A stretch of DNA of 64,000 nucleotides, taken from the IMG/VR virus record IMGVR_UViG_3300033068_001747; one strand, 5' to 3'. Position 1 is the stretch's first letter; each line of letters starts with the position of its first letter. Origin of the DNA: a virus. Lineage: Duplodnaviria > Caudoviricetes. Below are positions 1-9,504 of this stretch, one piece after another. A model generated the notes under the pieces. It saw only the letters and a program-made list of their open reading frames with translations, had not been told where the DNA came from and did no database searches. Position numbers and translations under genes: made by a program.

Positions 1-798
1 GGTGTTTATTTTAAAACTCAAAAAGATGCAAATAAACTTATTGAAGAATATATGTTACTTGCAAATAGATTAGTTGCAAAACTTCTATCAGATGCTAGAT
101 ACCATAATGTTTATAGAGTACATAATAGTCCTAATCTTGAAAAGTTAGAATCACTTTCTTTAGTTTGTAAAAACTTTGGTTACAGTTTAGATTTATCAAC
201 AGATACATCTAATCTTAAAAAATCTATAAATCAGTTAGTTGCTGATATAAAAGATCAACCAGAGGAAAATATGATTGAAACTTTAATCACAAGATGTATG
301 TCTAAGGCAACTTATACAACAATAAATGCAGGACACTATGGATTAGGTTTTACACACTATTCTCACTTTACATCACCAATCAGAAGATACCCTGATTTAA
401 TAACTCACAGAATTCTATTTGACTTCTTAAATAAGAAACCTAATGGAAGTCCTCAAAAAATCGAAGGTATGGCAAAATGGTGTTCTGAAAGAGAAATACT
501 AGCAGCAAAAGCTCAAAGAGACTCAATTAAATATAAACAAATTGAATACTTAGAAGATAAAATTGGACAAGTATTTGACGGAATTGTATCAGGAGTAACA
601 GACTGGGGAATGTATGTTGAACTTATTGAAAGTAAATGTGAAGGTATGGTTAGATATAATGGTAATCATAGTGTTGATGCAGAAAACTATACCGTAAACT
701 TGAAGTCCGGTGGATCAATAAGATTAGGAGACGAGGTTAAAGTAACAGTTAAGTCAGTTGACCTAGACAGAAAACAAATTGACTTTGAATTATTCTAA
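1..798 (+). CDS. rnr: Ribonuclease R (RNB + S1 domains), 5'-truncated by the window edge
   Basis: Frame is open from base 1; RNB motifs IEEYMLLAN and HYGLG..YSHFTSPIRRYPDL; C-terminal S1 domain. Confidence 0.93.
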   Translation, partial: GVYFKTQKDANKLIEEYMLLANRLVAKLLSDARYHNVYRVHNSPNLEKLESLSLVCKNFGYSLDLSTDTSNLKKSINQLVADIKDQPEENMIETLITRCMSKATYTTINAGHYGLGFTHYSHFTSPIRRYPDLITHRILFDFLNKKPNGSPQKIEGMAKWCSEREILAAKAQRDSIKYKQIEYLEDKIGQVFDGIVSGVTDWGMYVELIESKCEGMVRYNGNHSVDAENYTVNLKSGGSIRLGDEVKVTVKSVDLDRKQIDFELF

Positions 799-1211
799 TG
801 GAACCAGATTTCTTTTTAGATGTAACATTAGACGATAATGTAAAATTAGAAGATTATGATCAAGCACTTTCAACTTACAATGAATGGAAGTCAGTATATC
901 GAGAAATAAAACTAAATCTTTTACTAGAACAAGGTAAACGTATAGAATTCGATATAAACAATATATCAAAGTTTATTATATTGGATGGTAATACAGAAGA
1001 TATAATACCTGTAAGAAGTATATGCTGTACCGTAAGTGGTATGACTTTTATTCTAAATGGCAGTAAAATTGAAAAACTTACACTAAAAGCACATTGTATT
1101 GAAAATCAAAACGGTGAAATAGTTAAAGCCATATTAAAAGATGGTTTAATTTTAAAAATAAAACAAATACTTAATAAAAATTATCTTTACTTTAATATTA
1201 CTACAAACTAA
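798..1211 (+). CDS. Hypothetical protein; degenerate prohead-protease-like C-terminal half preceded by a YREIKLNLL motif
   Basis: ICCTVSGM...KAHCIENQNGEIVKAILKDGL resembles gp21-type VSHxI...kiLdTPxGxIvkaLlxxG, without the catalytic His and SSRG. Confidence 0.45.
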   Translation: MEPDFFLDVTLDDNVKLEDYDQALSTYNEWKSVYREIKLNLLLEQGKRIEFDINNISKFIILDGNTEDIIPVRSICCTVSGMTFILNGSKIEKLTLKAHCIENQNGEIVKAILKDGLILKIKQILNKNYLYFNITTN

Positions 1212-1239
1212 AAATCCTTTCATTTGAAAGGATTTTTTT
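1210..1239. terminator. Bidirectional intrinsic terminator
   Basis: AAAATCCTTTCA-tt-TGAAAGGATTTT with A/T tails between convergent genes. Confidence 0.85.
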
Positions 1240-1301
1240 ATTATAGGACATTTTAATACATAAATACTATACATAAATGTTTTTATTTCTATATATTAAA
1301 A

Positions 1302-3080
1302 TTAAAACTCAAATTCAGAGTTCCCTCCAGCTTCTGGAGCAGGAGGTTCAGGAGCGGCCTGAGGAGCGGCTTGTGCACCACCACCTGTTTGTGCACCACC
1401 TTGTGCGGCAGGGGATTCACCACCCATTTCTGGCATTCCACCACCTTGTGCTTCACCACCACCCATTTCTGATGGCATTCCACCACCTCCACCACCTTCT
1501 GATGGCATACCTGGTTCACCAGTTGCGTTAGCAGCTGCATTCATTGCATCTTTATCCCAGTATTTTTGATTCTCTGCTTTTTCTTCTGGTGTAAGTTTAA
1601 AGATATTATCCATAATCCACTCAATATGGAAATAAGGTTTTTCACCATTCATTACACCAAGCATCGTACCAACAATACCAGCTTTCTTTTCTAAGTTATT
1701 TAATTTTTTCCACTCTTCAAATACTTGATTTGAGAAGAAATCTATATCAACACCATTTGTAAAGAACTCATCTTCTGTTAGTTCAGGGAATTCTATCAAC
1801 ATTTGTAGTCTTAATGGTTTAACAATCAATTCTTTAAAGTTTGCTCTTAATCTACTAATAAAGTTGTGAAACTTAATCTCATCTCTTGTCATCTCACCTG
1901 CATCAGTGATTAAATTACCACCACCATTCTCACCTTCAAATCTCGACATTGGAATCTTAGAAGCTCTTTTCAAAGCTTTGAAAAACCAATCTAACATTGA
2001 ATCATCATTTAAGTTATGTCCTTGTGGAGAAACTAATTCCATATTTGGAGTTCCACCATCTCCTTCAGGGAACCAAACTTGTTTATTATAAGGTAAATGT
2101 TTAGAACCATTGATTGTCATTGTTCCTAAAGATTCATCCCACTCTACCTCTTCCGAATAATCATGTATCAATTGACCGATTTGTTCCTCTGCTCTTTGAC
2201 GGGACATACCCTTAATTGGAATAGTAAACTTTTGATAAACAGTAGCATTGATAATGTTAAACATTATTCTTGTTTGTTGTAAGATTTTTAATTGATTATA
2301 TGGTTTAATTAAACCCTCAATATAAGATGTTTCAGAAAATTCATTTTGAGTCGAGTAAGAAATATAAACCAATTGAGAATCTAAAAATATTCTTCTTAAT
2401 TGTGGGTCTTCAGGAAACTGAATCCATAAGTGACCAATTGCAGGTTCATATGCAGGAACTACAGTTTCTGGTCTAATTCTATTAAACCCAATAATATTCT
2501 TCTTTTTATCATCATAAATAATTTCTAATGCCAAATATCCATCAATTAAGAAGTCTTTCATCATATTCCATGCAGTAATGTTATCAGCAAAACCAAACTT
2601 GTTATAAAGTTTCTCAAAATACTCTTGATACTTCTCTTGTATTTCTTGTGAATAAGACGTTGGTAGTGCCGTAGGAGAACAGAAGTCCTTCTCATCATTA
2701 TACACTATACATTCGTCAGCGATCGTGCTTATAAAGTCTCTAATTTCATCCTTTACAGAATATTCTCTTAAAATCCTTCTTTTGTCAGCATAAGCTTTAT
2801 CTAAATAAGGAATAGACTTTCTATTTAATACAGACGCAACCGCTCGTTGCGAGAAAAAATCATACATCGAATTTCCTTTAGCAGCATATGGATCTTCATT
2901 AATACCAATACCAACTTGATTTCTTACAATCATATCGTCGAAGTTCATACCATATGATGATAGGTTTCTCAAAATTCTACTAAATAAACCTTTGTTTTCA
3001 ACTCCTGAAGAGTTCATCATTGCAAAGTTTGATCCAATATTATTTTGATTTTCTTGATTAAAGTTATTATAAGAAGCCAT
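1302..3080 (-). CDS. gp20: T4-like portal protein with Gly/Ala/Pro-rich C-terminal tail
   Basis: IADECIVY, KPYNQLKILQQ, LKRASKIPMSRF and TRDEIKFHNFISRLR match T4 gp20 motifs. Confidence 0.93.
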   Translation of the reverse strand: MASYNNFNQENQNNIGSNFAMMNSSGVENKGLFSRILRNLSSYGMNFDDMIVRNQVGIGINEDPYAAKGNSMYDFFSQRAVASVLNRKSIPYLDKAYADKRRILREYSVKDEIRDFISTIADECIVYNDEKDFCSPTALPTSYSQEIQEKYQEYFEKLYNKFGFADNITAWNMMKDFLIDGYLALEIIYDDKKKNIIGFNRIRPETVVPAYEPAIGHLWIQFPEDPQLRRIFLDSQLVYISYSTQNEFSETSYIEGLIKPYNQLKILQQTRIMFNIINATVYQKFTIPIKGMSRQRAEEQIGQLIHDYSEEVEWDESLGTMTINGSKHLPYNKQVWFPEGDGGTPNMELVSPQGHNLNDDSMLDWFFKALKRASKIPMSRFEGENGGGNLITDAGEMTRDEIKFHNFISRLRANFKELIVKPLRLQMLIEFPELTEDEFFTNGVDIDFFSNQVFEEWKKLNNLEKKAGIVGTMLGVMNGEKPYFHIEWIMDNIFKLTPEEKAENQKYWDKDAMNAAANATGEPGMPSEGGGGGGMPSEMGGGEAQGGGMPEMGGESPAAQGGAQTGGGAQAAPQAAPEPPAPEAGGNSEFEF

Positions 3081-3105
3081 GTATTAAATTAATTTTAAAT
3101 TTATG

Positions 3106-3115
3106 TATATATTAA
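3106..3115 (-). promoter_or_regulatory. Putative late promoter TTAATATATA upstream of portal
   Basis: Same motif recurs upstream of more than 20 structural or cargo genes. Confidence 0.7.
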
Positions 3116-3133
3116 ATTTTACGTTTTCCTATT

Positions 3134-3829
3134 TTAGCTCTTTCCATACTTGTTAAGGCTTGTCTGTAGACGTTTTATATGATCTCTCATAACATTATAC
3201 TTATCTGAGATTTCATTATTTACATCATAAAATTCACTTATAATTGAAGAAATTATTTCTTTATGTCTTTGATTTCTACCCTCAAGTTTAGCCTGCCATA
3301 TCTCAACAAGTTTTTTTGGATCATATTTATTTATAGGGTGTTGAGAATAAAGGAATCTTGGTAACATTTCTAAACTAATTCTATGTACTAAAACTAATTG
3401 TGCAGCGTTAAACTCCATTAGGGAATACTCAAATCCAAATTTTAATAATTGTTTATACATTCCTTCATAATTAACTTTTAAAAAGGTATTTTTATCAAAG
3501 TCTTCTGGTAAAATAAAAGGATCGAAAATCTGTGTTCTTATCTCCATTGGTACAAAATTGAAGTTTACTGCAAATAGAATAACTTTATCTTCAAATTTTT
3601 TAAAATCAACTATGAATACAGGTGCATATTTCATCCAATTTGAATCATCCTTATAATGAAAGAAGTAAAATCCACCAGGATAAATATCTCTAATATTTAT
3701 AGATTCAACATCTTTATCAGATTTATTATATTTTTCATAAAAGAATAAAGAGTTGTTTTTAAAGTTTTCCACAATTCCATTTCCATTATAAAGTAAACTT
3801 AGTTTTACACGTTCTAATAACTCTGCCAT
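3134..3829 (-). CDS. T4 gp2-like DNA end protector
   Basis: PGGFYFFHY...YAPVF...AVNFNFVP..R pattern; divergent from the gp4-like gene. Confidence 0.6.
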   Translation of the reverse strand: MAELLERVKLSLLYNGNGIVENFKNNSLFFYEKYNKSDKDVESINIRDIYPGGFYFFHYKDDSNWMKYAPVFIVDFKKFEDKVILFAVNFNFVPMEIRTQIFDPFILPEDFDKNTFLKVNYEGMYKQLLKFGFEYSLMEFNAAQLVLVHRISLEMLPRFLYSQHPINKYDPKKLVEIWQAKLEGRNQRHKEIISSIISEFYDVNNEISDKYNVMRDHIKRLQTSLNKYGKS

Positions 3830-3845
3830 AAGAGAAATATTTTTA

Positions 3846-3859
3846 TTTTATATATAAAA
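3846..3859. promoter_or_regulatory. Palindromic TTTTATATATAAAA, putative bidirectional late promoter
   Basis: Perfect 14-bp palindrome in the 31-bp gap between divergent gp2-like and gp4-like genes. Confidence 0.55.
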
Positions 3860-3860
3860 T

Positions 3861-4388
3861 ATGATAAATTCAAAACCAAATAATAAAAACTATAATCAAG
3901 GGAACTATATCCCTGTGAACAAGGACAAAGTAATGAAACTTAATACCAATGGTGGTGTTTACTACAGAAGTTCTTGGGAGAAAAGAATAATGACTTGGTT
4001 AGATAATAAGTCAGATATTTTAATGTGGGGAGCAGAATGTTTAAAAATCCCATATCAAATGACACATTTTGATAATGGTGATATGAGAGTTAAAGAACAT
4101 TGTTATTATCCAGATTTCTATTATGAAATGCAACTTCCTGATGGAACTAGAAAAAGAGTTGTTGTAGAGGTTAAACCAATGAAAGAATATCAAATGGTAA
4201 TCGATTTAAAGGAAGGTAAAATGAATGTACCTACAAATGGGTTAAAGAAGTTAAAAAACTTCGAGTATGACCTTAAAATGGCTTATAAGAATAAGAATAA
4301 ATGGGAAACTATGATTGCTTGGTGTAACAAAAAAGGTTATGAGTTTATTATAATAACCGAACAACACCTAAAAAAGTTTGGAATATAA
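3861..4388 (+). CDS. gp4: Head completion nuclease (T4 gp4 / TnsA-N-like PD-(D/E)xK)
   Basis: YRSSWE, IPY, YYPDF, VEVKP, KW..A-like and F.IITE motifs. Confidence 0.88.
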   Translation: MINSKPNNKNYNQGNYIPVNKDKVMKLNTNGGVYYRSSWEKRIMTWLDNKSDILMWGAECLKIPYQMTHFDNGDMRVKEHCYYPDFYYEMQLPDGTRKRVVVEVKPMKEYQMVIDLKEGKMNVPTNGLKKLKNFEYDLKMAYKNKNKWETMIAWCNKKGYEFIIITEQHLKKFGI

Positions 4389-4704
4389 CTGATAGTAAAA
4401 CAATTATATTCATATAAGGATATAAATTAGAATAGATTTTATATATCTTCTTGTTTATATGATAAATTGGAAACTTGATTAAATATAGTCCAAATAATAT
4501 AATACAAGTAATATCACCAGTAAACGTACCTAGTAATATAAAAATATAAAAAAATAGGTTTATATAGTAATATAATAACTCAATAACCGTAACACTCAAA
4601 TTTTCTTTTTCAGAGTATTTTTTTTGTAATCTATCTTTATTTACAATAAAGTACAAAATATTTATTATAAATAATAATGGTGTTATTATTGTTAAAAGTT
4701 TCAT
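4348..4704 (-). CDS. Small multi-pass membrane protein
   Basis: 3-4 hydrophobic segments; translationally coupled to the upstream ORF. Confidence 0.6.
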   Translation of the reverse strand: MKLLTIITPLLFIINILYFIVNKDRLQKKYSEKENLSVTVIELLYYYINLFFYIFILLGTFTGDITCIILFGLYLIKFPIYHINKKIYKIYSNLYPYMNIIVLLSVIFQTFLGVVRLL

Positions 4705-4994
4705 TACACTAATATATCTTTTAATTGAATTAGATTATTAAATTCATTTTGTAATAATCTAATTGTTTTTTCTTTTTTAATCAATTCATATACATTATCA
4801 TTGACTAAAACTTCAACTGGTGAACCAACTGCAGAGTCATACTCATTTGGTATTTTCATATTCTCTCTGAATTCATATATAGATCTTAAATATTTCTTAT
4901 TTGACTCTAAATCTATATGTAAAGAACATCCATCAGGTCTAGTTCCTTGATTAATAATTGACTCTTCCCAGATTTGTAAATAAACTTTGTTCAT
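4704..4994 (-). CDS. Hypothetical protein
   Basis: 96-aa ORF with WEES..GTRPDGCSLH motif. Confidence 0.65.
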   Translation of the reverse strand: MNKVYLQIWEESIINQGTRPDGCSLHIDLESNKKYLRSIYEFRENMKIPNEYDSAVGSPVEVLVNDNVYELIKKEKTIRLLQNEFNNLIQLKDILV

Positions 4995-5020
4995 AATAAA
5001 TGTTTTAAAAGTATTCTATA

Positions 5021-5152
5021 CTAAAAATTAAATAAGTTTTTAATCTTTTTCTTTCTATATTGTTTTGGAAAAATTGAGATTGTAGTGGCCGAACTAAAGC
5101 CAGGATCAGAAACTATATCTAGACTATATAGAGTGTAATCCATTTCCATCAT
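5021..5152 (-). CDS. 43-aa ORF not in the track: prohead-protease-like peptide plus RKKKIKNL tag
   Basis: Manual translation MMEMDYTLYSLDIVSDPGFSSATTISIFPKQYRKKKIKNLFNF; overlaps the 3' end of the gp55-like gene. Confidence 0.55.
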   Translation of the reverse strand: MMEMDYTLYSLDIVSDPGFSSATTISIFPKQYRKKKIKNLFNF

Positions 5153-5489
5153 TTGCACTATTTATTGAAATAAGTTTAATTTGATGTTCATTATCACCTT
5201 TCTTTTTATAAAGATCATTCCAACCTCTTGCCAAACCTCTTTTGAAAATTTCTGTGAAGTAAGCAAACGCATTAATTGACTTATCTTCGTTGAAGTTATA
5301 CCAGTTTTGGAACATATCCAACAATCCGCTTTGGTAGCAGTCTAACTTATCATCATTAGACCAGTATCTCATTTTCTTTATTGTTTTTTTCGCTAGTAAT
5401 TCTAGCATTTTCTCCGCATTTCTCGTTAATCTTCCCTGTGCTTTACTTACGATTATCTCGATATAAAGTTCTTTATTATTTAAGTACAT
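5124..5489 (-). CDS. gp55: T4 gp55-like late-transcription sigma factor (very compact)
   Basis: YLNNKEL N-terminus and NFNEDKSINAFAYFTEI motif; alternative start at 5498. Confidence 0.8.
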   Translation of the reverse strand: MYLNNKELYIEIIVSKAQGRLTRNAEKMLELLAKKTIKKMRYWSNDDKLDCYQSGLLDMFQNWYNFNEDKSINAFAYFTEIFKRGLARGWNDLYKKKGDNEHQIKLISINSANDGNGLHSI

Positions 5490-5570
5490 ATATAGCATTT
5501 ATTTTTTTCAGAGTAAAACTCTGTAATGCTATTCATTCATGTTATATATATCTAGTTAAAAAAGTTTAAA

Positions 5571-5605
5571 AAAAAATACTCAAACTTTCATTTGAGTATT
5601 TTTTT
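5571..5605. terminator. Intrinsic terminator
   Basis: AAAAAATACTCAAA/TTTGAGTATTTTTT stem. Confidence 0.75.
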
Positions 5606-5621
5606 ATAATAGTTTTAAAGA

Positions 5622-6905
5622 TTATCCTTTAATTCTTTCTTTGTATTGTAATTCTTTAACTGCTTGTAATTCAGTGTTAAGATTAGAGCTTCTTTTCTCT
5701 AAATTTTTAAGAGCAGTTGTTAAAACTTCTGATTCACCAATCATTTTTAATGAACCTTTGATTTTTTCAATATTAAATTGAACATCTTCTAATTTAAGAG
5801 AGATTTCTCTTTCTTTATCTTCAAGTTTTCTCTTAACAATGATCTCTTTGTTTAATTTATTTTCAAAGAAATAAGTTAAGTCATAGTTTAATTCATTTCT
5901 TACTTCATTTACTAATTCTAAAGCAGATTCATATTTAAAGAATGAGTTACCATATCTTTCATCACATCTGTAAACAAATGTATTGTTTTTGTAATTGAAA
6001 GCAAATACTTCTAAATAAGGATTTACTAAGTTATTAACTCTTTTTACAACATCTAACTCAACAAATTTATCTAAGTTTTTAGAAGTTTCTAATAAAACTG
6101 GATAAAAGTTTTTGTTAACGATAGGAATAATTGGAGAGTTGAATAAACTTTCTAATGTAGTTTCTTCATTTAACTCATCGTCATTGATGTATAAACCACC
6201 TTTTTTACCAACTGCTAAACCAATTGTCAAGTATTCAGAAACTCTAAAGTTAATTCTACTTTCAGTAACTGTCGAATATTTCATAGCAGTTTCTAAAGTT
6301 CTTAAACTTTTTAAAGTTTCAGCATCTTTAACATGATTTTCTAATAAAGTTTTTTCAATTGTATTTTCAGTTAATAAGAACCAAGAATCTCTAACTAAAG
6401 CCACGTGACCTTCTTCAACTTGCTCAACTATTGTAAAAATAGATTCAGCACTTCCACCACTTAAAAGATTAGATCTTTTTTCTGGAGATTTTGTTAAATT
6501 GTGCACAAATACTTTAATTTCTGGAACCCAGTCATAAACAGCCAATTCATTAAGAATTTTTGACATTCTATCTTGATCTGTTTCAAGATTAATAGTTTGT
6601 AATAATACGTTTATAGGTTGTCTGTAAAGTTCTCCTTGATTTCTAGTATTAAGAACTCCATATAAATTTTTCAATTCATATAATAATTCAAAAGCAGCCA
6701 TGTCATCATTAAGACTCTCTAATAATAACTTCACACTCTTATCATAAGTATAAGGTTTTAATCTTTCATTAAGAGAAGTAATTATAGTTTTCTCTGAATG
6801 TTGATTACAAGCATTCATATGTCCTTCTACAATTGTAGATATTTCTTCTTGGTCAAGAGAAAGATCCTTTTTGAAGTTAAACAATTCAAGTTTAAGATTC
6901 TTCAT
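5622..6905 (-). CDS. Late protein with C-terminal coiled coil (possible head/core protein)
   Basis: 427-aa ORF behind an extended late-promoter motif; function not recognised. Confidence 0.6.
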   Translation of the reverse strand: MKNLKLELFNFKKDLSLDQEEISTIVEGHMNACNQHSEKTIITSLNERLKPYTYDKSVKLLLESLNDDMAAFELLYELKNLYGVLNTRNQGELYRQPINVLLQTINLETDQDRMSKILNELAVYDWVPEIKVFVHNLTKSPEKRSNLLSGGSAESIFTIVEQVEEGHVALVRDSWFLLTENTIEKTLLENHVKDAETLKSLRTLETAMKYSTVTESRINFRVSEYLTIGLAVGKKGGLYINDDELNEETTLESLFNSPIIPIVNKNFYPVLLETSKNLDKFVELDVVKRVNNLVNPYLEVFAFNYKNNTFVYRCDERYGNSFFKYESALELVNEVRNELNYDLTYFFENKLNKEIIVKRKLEDKEREISLKLEDVQFNIEKIKGSLKMIGESEVLTTALKNLEKRSSNLNTELQAVKELQYKERIKG

Positions 6906-6979
6906 ATTTCTAATTTATTATTTTTTTTATATAAACTATATATTAAGGTAAAAAAGCCATTTTTTTCCTTTTTTTGTTT

Positions 6980-7855
6980 TTATTTGTTTTTATTTGGTGA
7001 GTCACCATTAGGGTTATCATATCTCCTTGAACTTTGCTCTCTAGCTCTTAGAATATTGTTAAACCAACGAGTTCTTTTAGGAGTAACAAAGAAACCTTCA
7101 TTAGAGTTAGGTGGTTGACTAAAGAAGTCTGAATATCCACCCTGAATCGCAAATCCATTTAAGTCTGACATACCGGAATTTTCTTTAGTATAACCTGGAA
7201 AATCAGCTCTATCCTTTCTAAATGCAGGATAATATGTTTGAACTTCAAAAGAAACTGTCATTTTTATTGAATTATCCGCACTTAAATTTTTTTCTCTAGT
7301 CATCTCAATAGTATTTGAGTCTGGCATTAAAATAACTGCATCAATATTCATAAAATTATGTTCAAAATACATAAATTTATATAACCACAAAGTATCCATA
7401 ACTGCCTGACTACACTTAAAACTATCAATTTCACTTGAAAGTAATATAGTTAAATCATAACTAACTGTAACAGGTACTGCTCTAATTCTTCCTAAAACTT
7501 TTCTAATCTCTGTTTCATTCTCAACAACAGTTCTCAACCAAACATTTGGATTAGCAAACTCATCTGAACGAATTGCAAATGATTTCATTGTTAAATGTCC
7601 TCTAGGTATAATATCTGTATTTAATTCAACATATCTACCATTACCAGAAGAATCTCCTGAAACTATATCATCTGTAAAAGAATCTAATAAGAATCTCTCA
7701 TCTCCTGTCATAGAGTAATAAAAAGGTACTTCCACGAATTTATCACCAGAAGTGAATTTATTTACCCACTTTACCTGTCCTTCTAATGTATCTAACACAC
7801 ATACTGTTAAATCTCTGAAGAATACATCTTCAAAATTAAATCTATCTCCAATCAT
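6980..7855 (-). CDS. T4 gp15-like tail sheath stabiliser / tail terminator
   Basis: VEVPFYY, IIPR, AVPVTVSYDL and FEVQTY pattern. Confidence 0.65.
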   Translation of the reverse strand: MIGDRFNFEDVFFRDLTVCVLDTLEGQVKWVNKFTSGDKFVEVPFYYSMTGDERFLLDSFTDDIVSGDSSGNGRYVELNTDIIPRGHLTMKSFAIRSDEFANPNVWLRTVVENETEIRKVLGRIRAVPVTVSYDLTILLSSEIDSFKCSQAVMDTLWLYKFMYFEHNFMNIDAVILMPDSNTIEMTREKNLSADNSIKMTVSFEVQTYYPAFRKDRADFPGYTKENSGMSDLNGFAIQGGYSDFFSQPPNSNEGFFVTPKRTRWFNNILRAREQSSRRYDNPNGDSPNKNK

Positions 7856-7902
7856 AAGATATATATTAAAAAATATAACTCTCTAATTTAATATATAGAA
7901 TT

Positions 7903-8457
7903 ATGAATTATATTAAACTATTTGAAGACTTTACTTTTTCCGATTTATACGATAAGAATAAATGGGTTGAACTTACTATGGAAGATAGAAGCAAACTTAA
8001 AAAAGAAATATGGGAGATTGTCGACCTAGCTTATAAGCCACTTGGTGGACACGTTAGAATCTCATCACCAGATGCAGTTGTAAATGATCCTGATTTAACT
8101 TTTTGGACGGCAGTTGATATAGATAAAGATCCTAATGTAGATGTTGTAATATTTTCTAGAGAATCACACGGACATAAAATATCTGGTTGGGGACATGATG
8201 GTACTAAAGAAGCCAGAAAAGAACTAATGAAACAACTGATTTCTTTACTACATAGAGAAGGTTTTTGGATAGAAGTGTCTGGAAGACCTGCAGAAATACT
8301 AATAGGTGCAGATTGCAGATACTGTGATAAACAAATTGTAAGTAAAGTTTTTCCACACTCTGAAATAAACTGGATTGGAAATGGTGTTTATACAAGAACT
8401 TTACCGGATGATACAATAACTGAAGAAGAATACTTAATTGGACGTCCAAGAGTATAA
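7903..8457 (+). CDS. Hypothetical protein with N-terminal MNYIKLFEDF tag (putative head cargo)
   Basis: Shared N-terminal motif; late motif 5 nt upstream. Confidence 0.7.
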   Translation: MNYIKLFEDFTFSDLYDKNKWVELTMEDRSKLKKEIWEIVDLAYKPLGGHVRISSPDAVVNDPDLTFWTAVDIDKDPNVDVVIFSRESHGHKISGWGHDGTKEARKELMKQLISLLHREGFWIEVSGRPAEILIGADCRYCDKQIVSKVFPHSEINWIGNGVYTRTLPDDTITEEEYLIGRPRV

Positions 8458-8481
8458 ACTTTTTTGATAATTTTTGATATA
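8456..8481 (+). promoter_or_regulatory. Putative middle promoter AAAC-N18-TATA
   Basis: One of 11 sites with the same spacing, mostly before replication/metabolism genes. Confidence 0.55.
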
Positions 8482-8504
8482 CTCATGAATAAATGAGATA
8501 AAAT

Positions 8505-9476
8505 ATGTCAGTAAATAAATTATTATTATGGGAAAAATGGCGTCCGAAAACTATTGACGACATTATATTACTTCCAAGAATTAGAAAAGAATTAGAAAAT
8601 GGTGTAAATCAACACTATATATTCCACGGTCACTACGGTAGTGGTAAAACAAGTTTAGCAAGAATTTTAATTGGTAGATACTCAAAAGAAACTCCTTACT
8701 TGGAATTAAACTGTTCTATGGACACATCTATTGATGTACTTAGAACTGAAATTGATAACTTCTGTAAGTTTACTCCAATGATGGACACTAATTCAGATAT
8801 TAAATATGTTTTTTTAGATGAGTTTGAAAGAGTTTCTACAAACTTTCAAGACGCATTTAAAGCTTTCATAGAAAGATATAATAGAAATGTTCGATTTATC
8901 ATTACAACAAACCATATAAACAAAATATCTGACGGATTAAAATCAAGAATTAAACAAATAGGGTTTGATTGTCAAAATGTTGAAGAAGAAAAGTTTTTAA
9001 AACAGGAAATCTATAAAAAGATAATCAATGAAATTCTTCCTAAAGAAGATGCAGAAATACCAAAAGAAGATTTAATCAACATTATTACTAAAAAGTTTCC
9101 AGACTTTCGTTCTACATTAGTTGAAGTACAAAGTTATTTAGATACTGGTGCGATAAGTGATGGAACAGGAAATGTTTCTACAAAAGTGAAGTTAGAACTT
9201 TATAATACTTTATATGAAGATTTAGATTTTGAAAAAACTTATCACTTTTTAATGTCAAACTTTGGTGCAGAAAAAATTGATGTAATGATTAAATTACTAG
9301 GAAAACCCTTTATTGATTGGTGTATCACAGAGAAAAGAGAAAGTGTCAATAAACTATTTGAAACAGCTTATATAATTGCAGATTACTCTTCTAAATTAGA
9401 AGGTTCAACTGATCCACTTATATTAGGAATAACAATTATAGGAAAATTTAGAGATATATTAAAAAACCCAGTCTAA
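8505..9476 (+). CDS. gp44: Clamp loader AAA+ subunit (T4 gp44 / RFC small subunit)
   Basis: WEKWRPKTIDD, Walker A GHYGSGKT, Walker B LDEFE, FIITTN, LKSR, FPDFR. Confidence 0.92.
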   Translation: MSVNKLLLWEKWRPKTIDDIILLPRIRKELENGVNQHYIFHGHYGSGKTSLARILIGRYSKETPYLELNCSMDTSIDVLRTEIDNFCKFTPMMDTNSDIKYVFLDEFERVSTNFQDAFKAFIERYNRNVRFIITTNHINKISDGLKSRIKQIGFDCQNVEEEKFLKQEIYKKIINEILPKEDAEIPKEDLINIITKKFPDFRSTLVEVQSYLDTGAISDGTGNVSTKVKLELYNTLYEDLDFEKTYHFLMSNFGAEKIDVMIKLLGKPFIDWCITEKRESVNKLFETAYIIADYSSKLEGSTDPLILGITIIGKFRDILKNPV

Positions 9477-9485
9477 CTGGGTTTT
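9463..9485 (+). terminator. Intrinsic terminator
   Basis: AAAACCCAGT/ACTGGGTTTT stem followed by T-run. Confidence 0.75.
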
Positions 9486-9504
9486 ATTTTTTTATATATA
9501 GTTT

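Noticed and set aside
1277-1540. His/Val-rich ORFs 1277-1531(+) and 1289-1540(-)
   Set aside because: Shadow frames of the Gly-rich portal tail.
5017-5039. AAAC...TATA upstream of the 4994 gene as a middle promoter
   Set aside because: Spacing is 15 nt rather than 17-18, so it was not counted.
5622-6905. MKNLKLELFNF as an FE-tag member
   Set aside because: Spacing of the aromatic and acidic residues does not fit; left out of the count.
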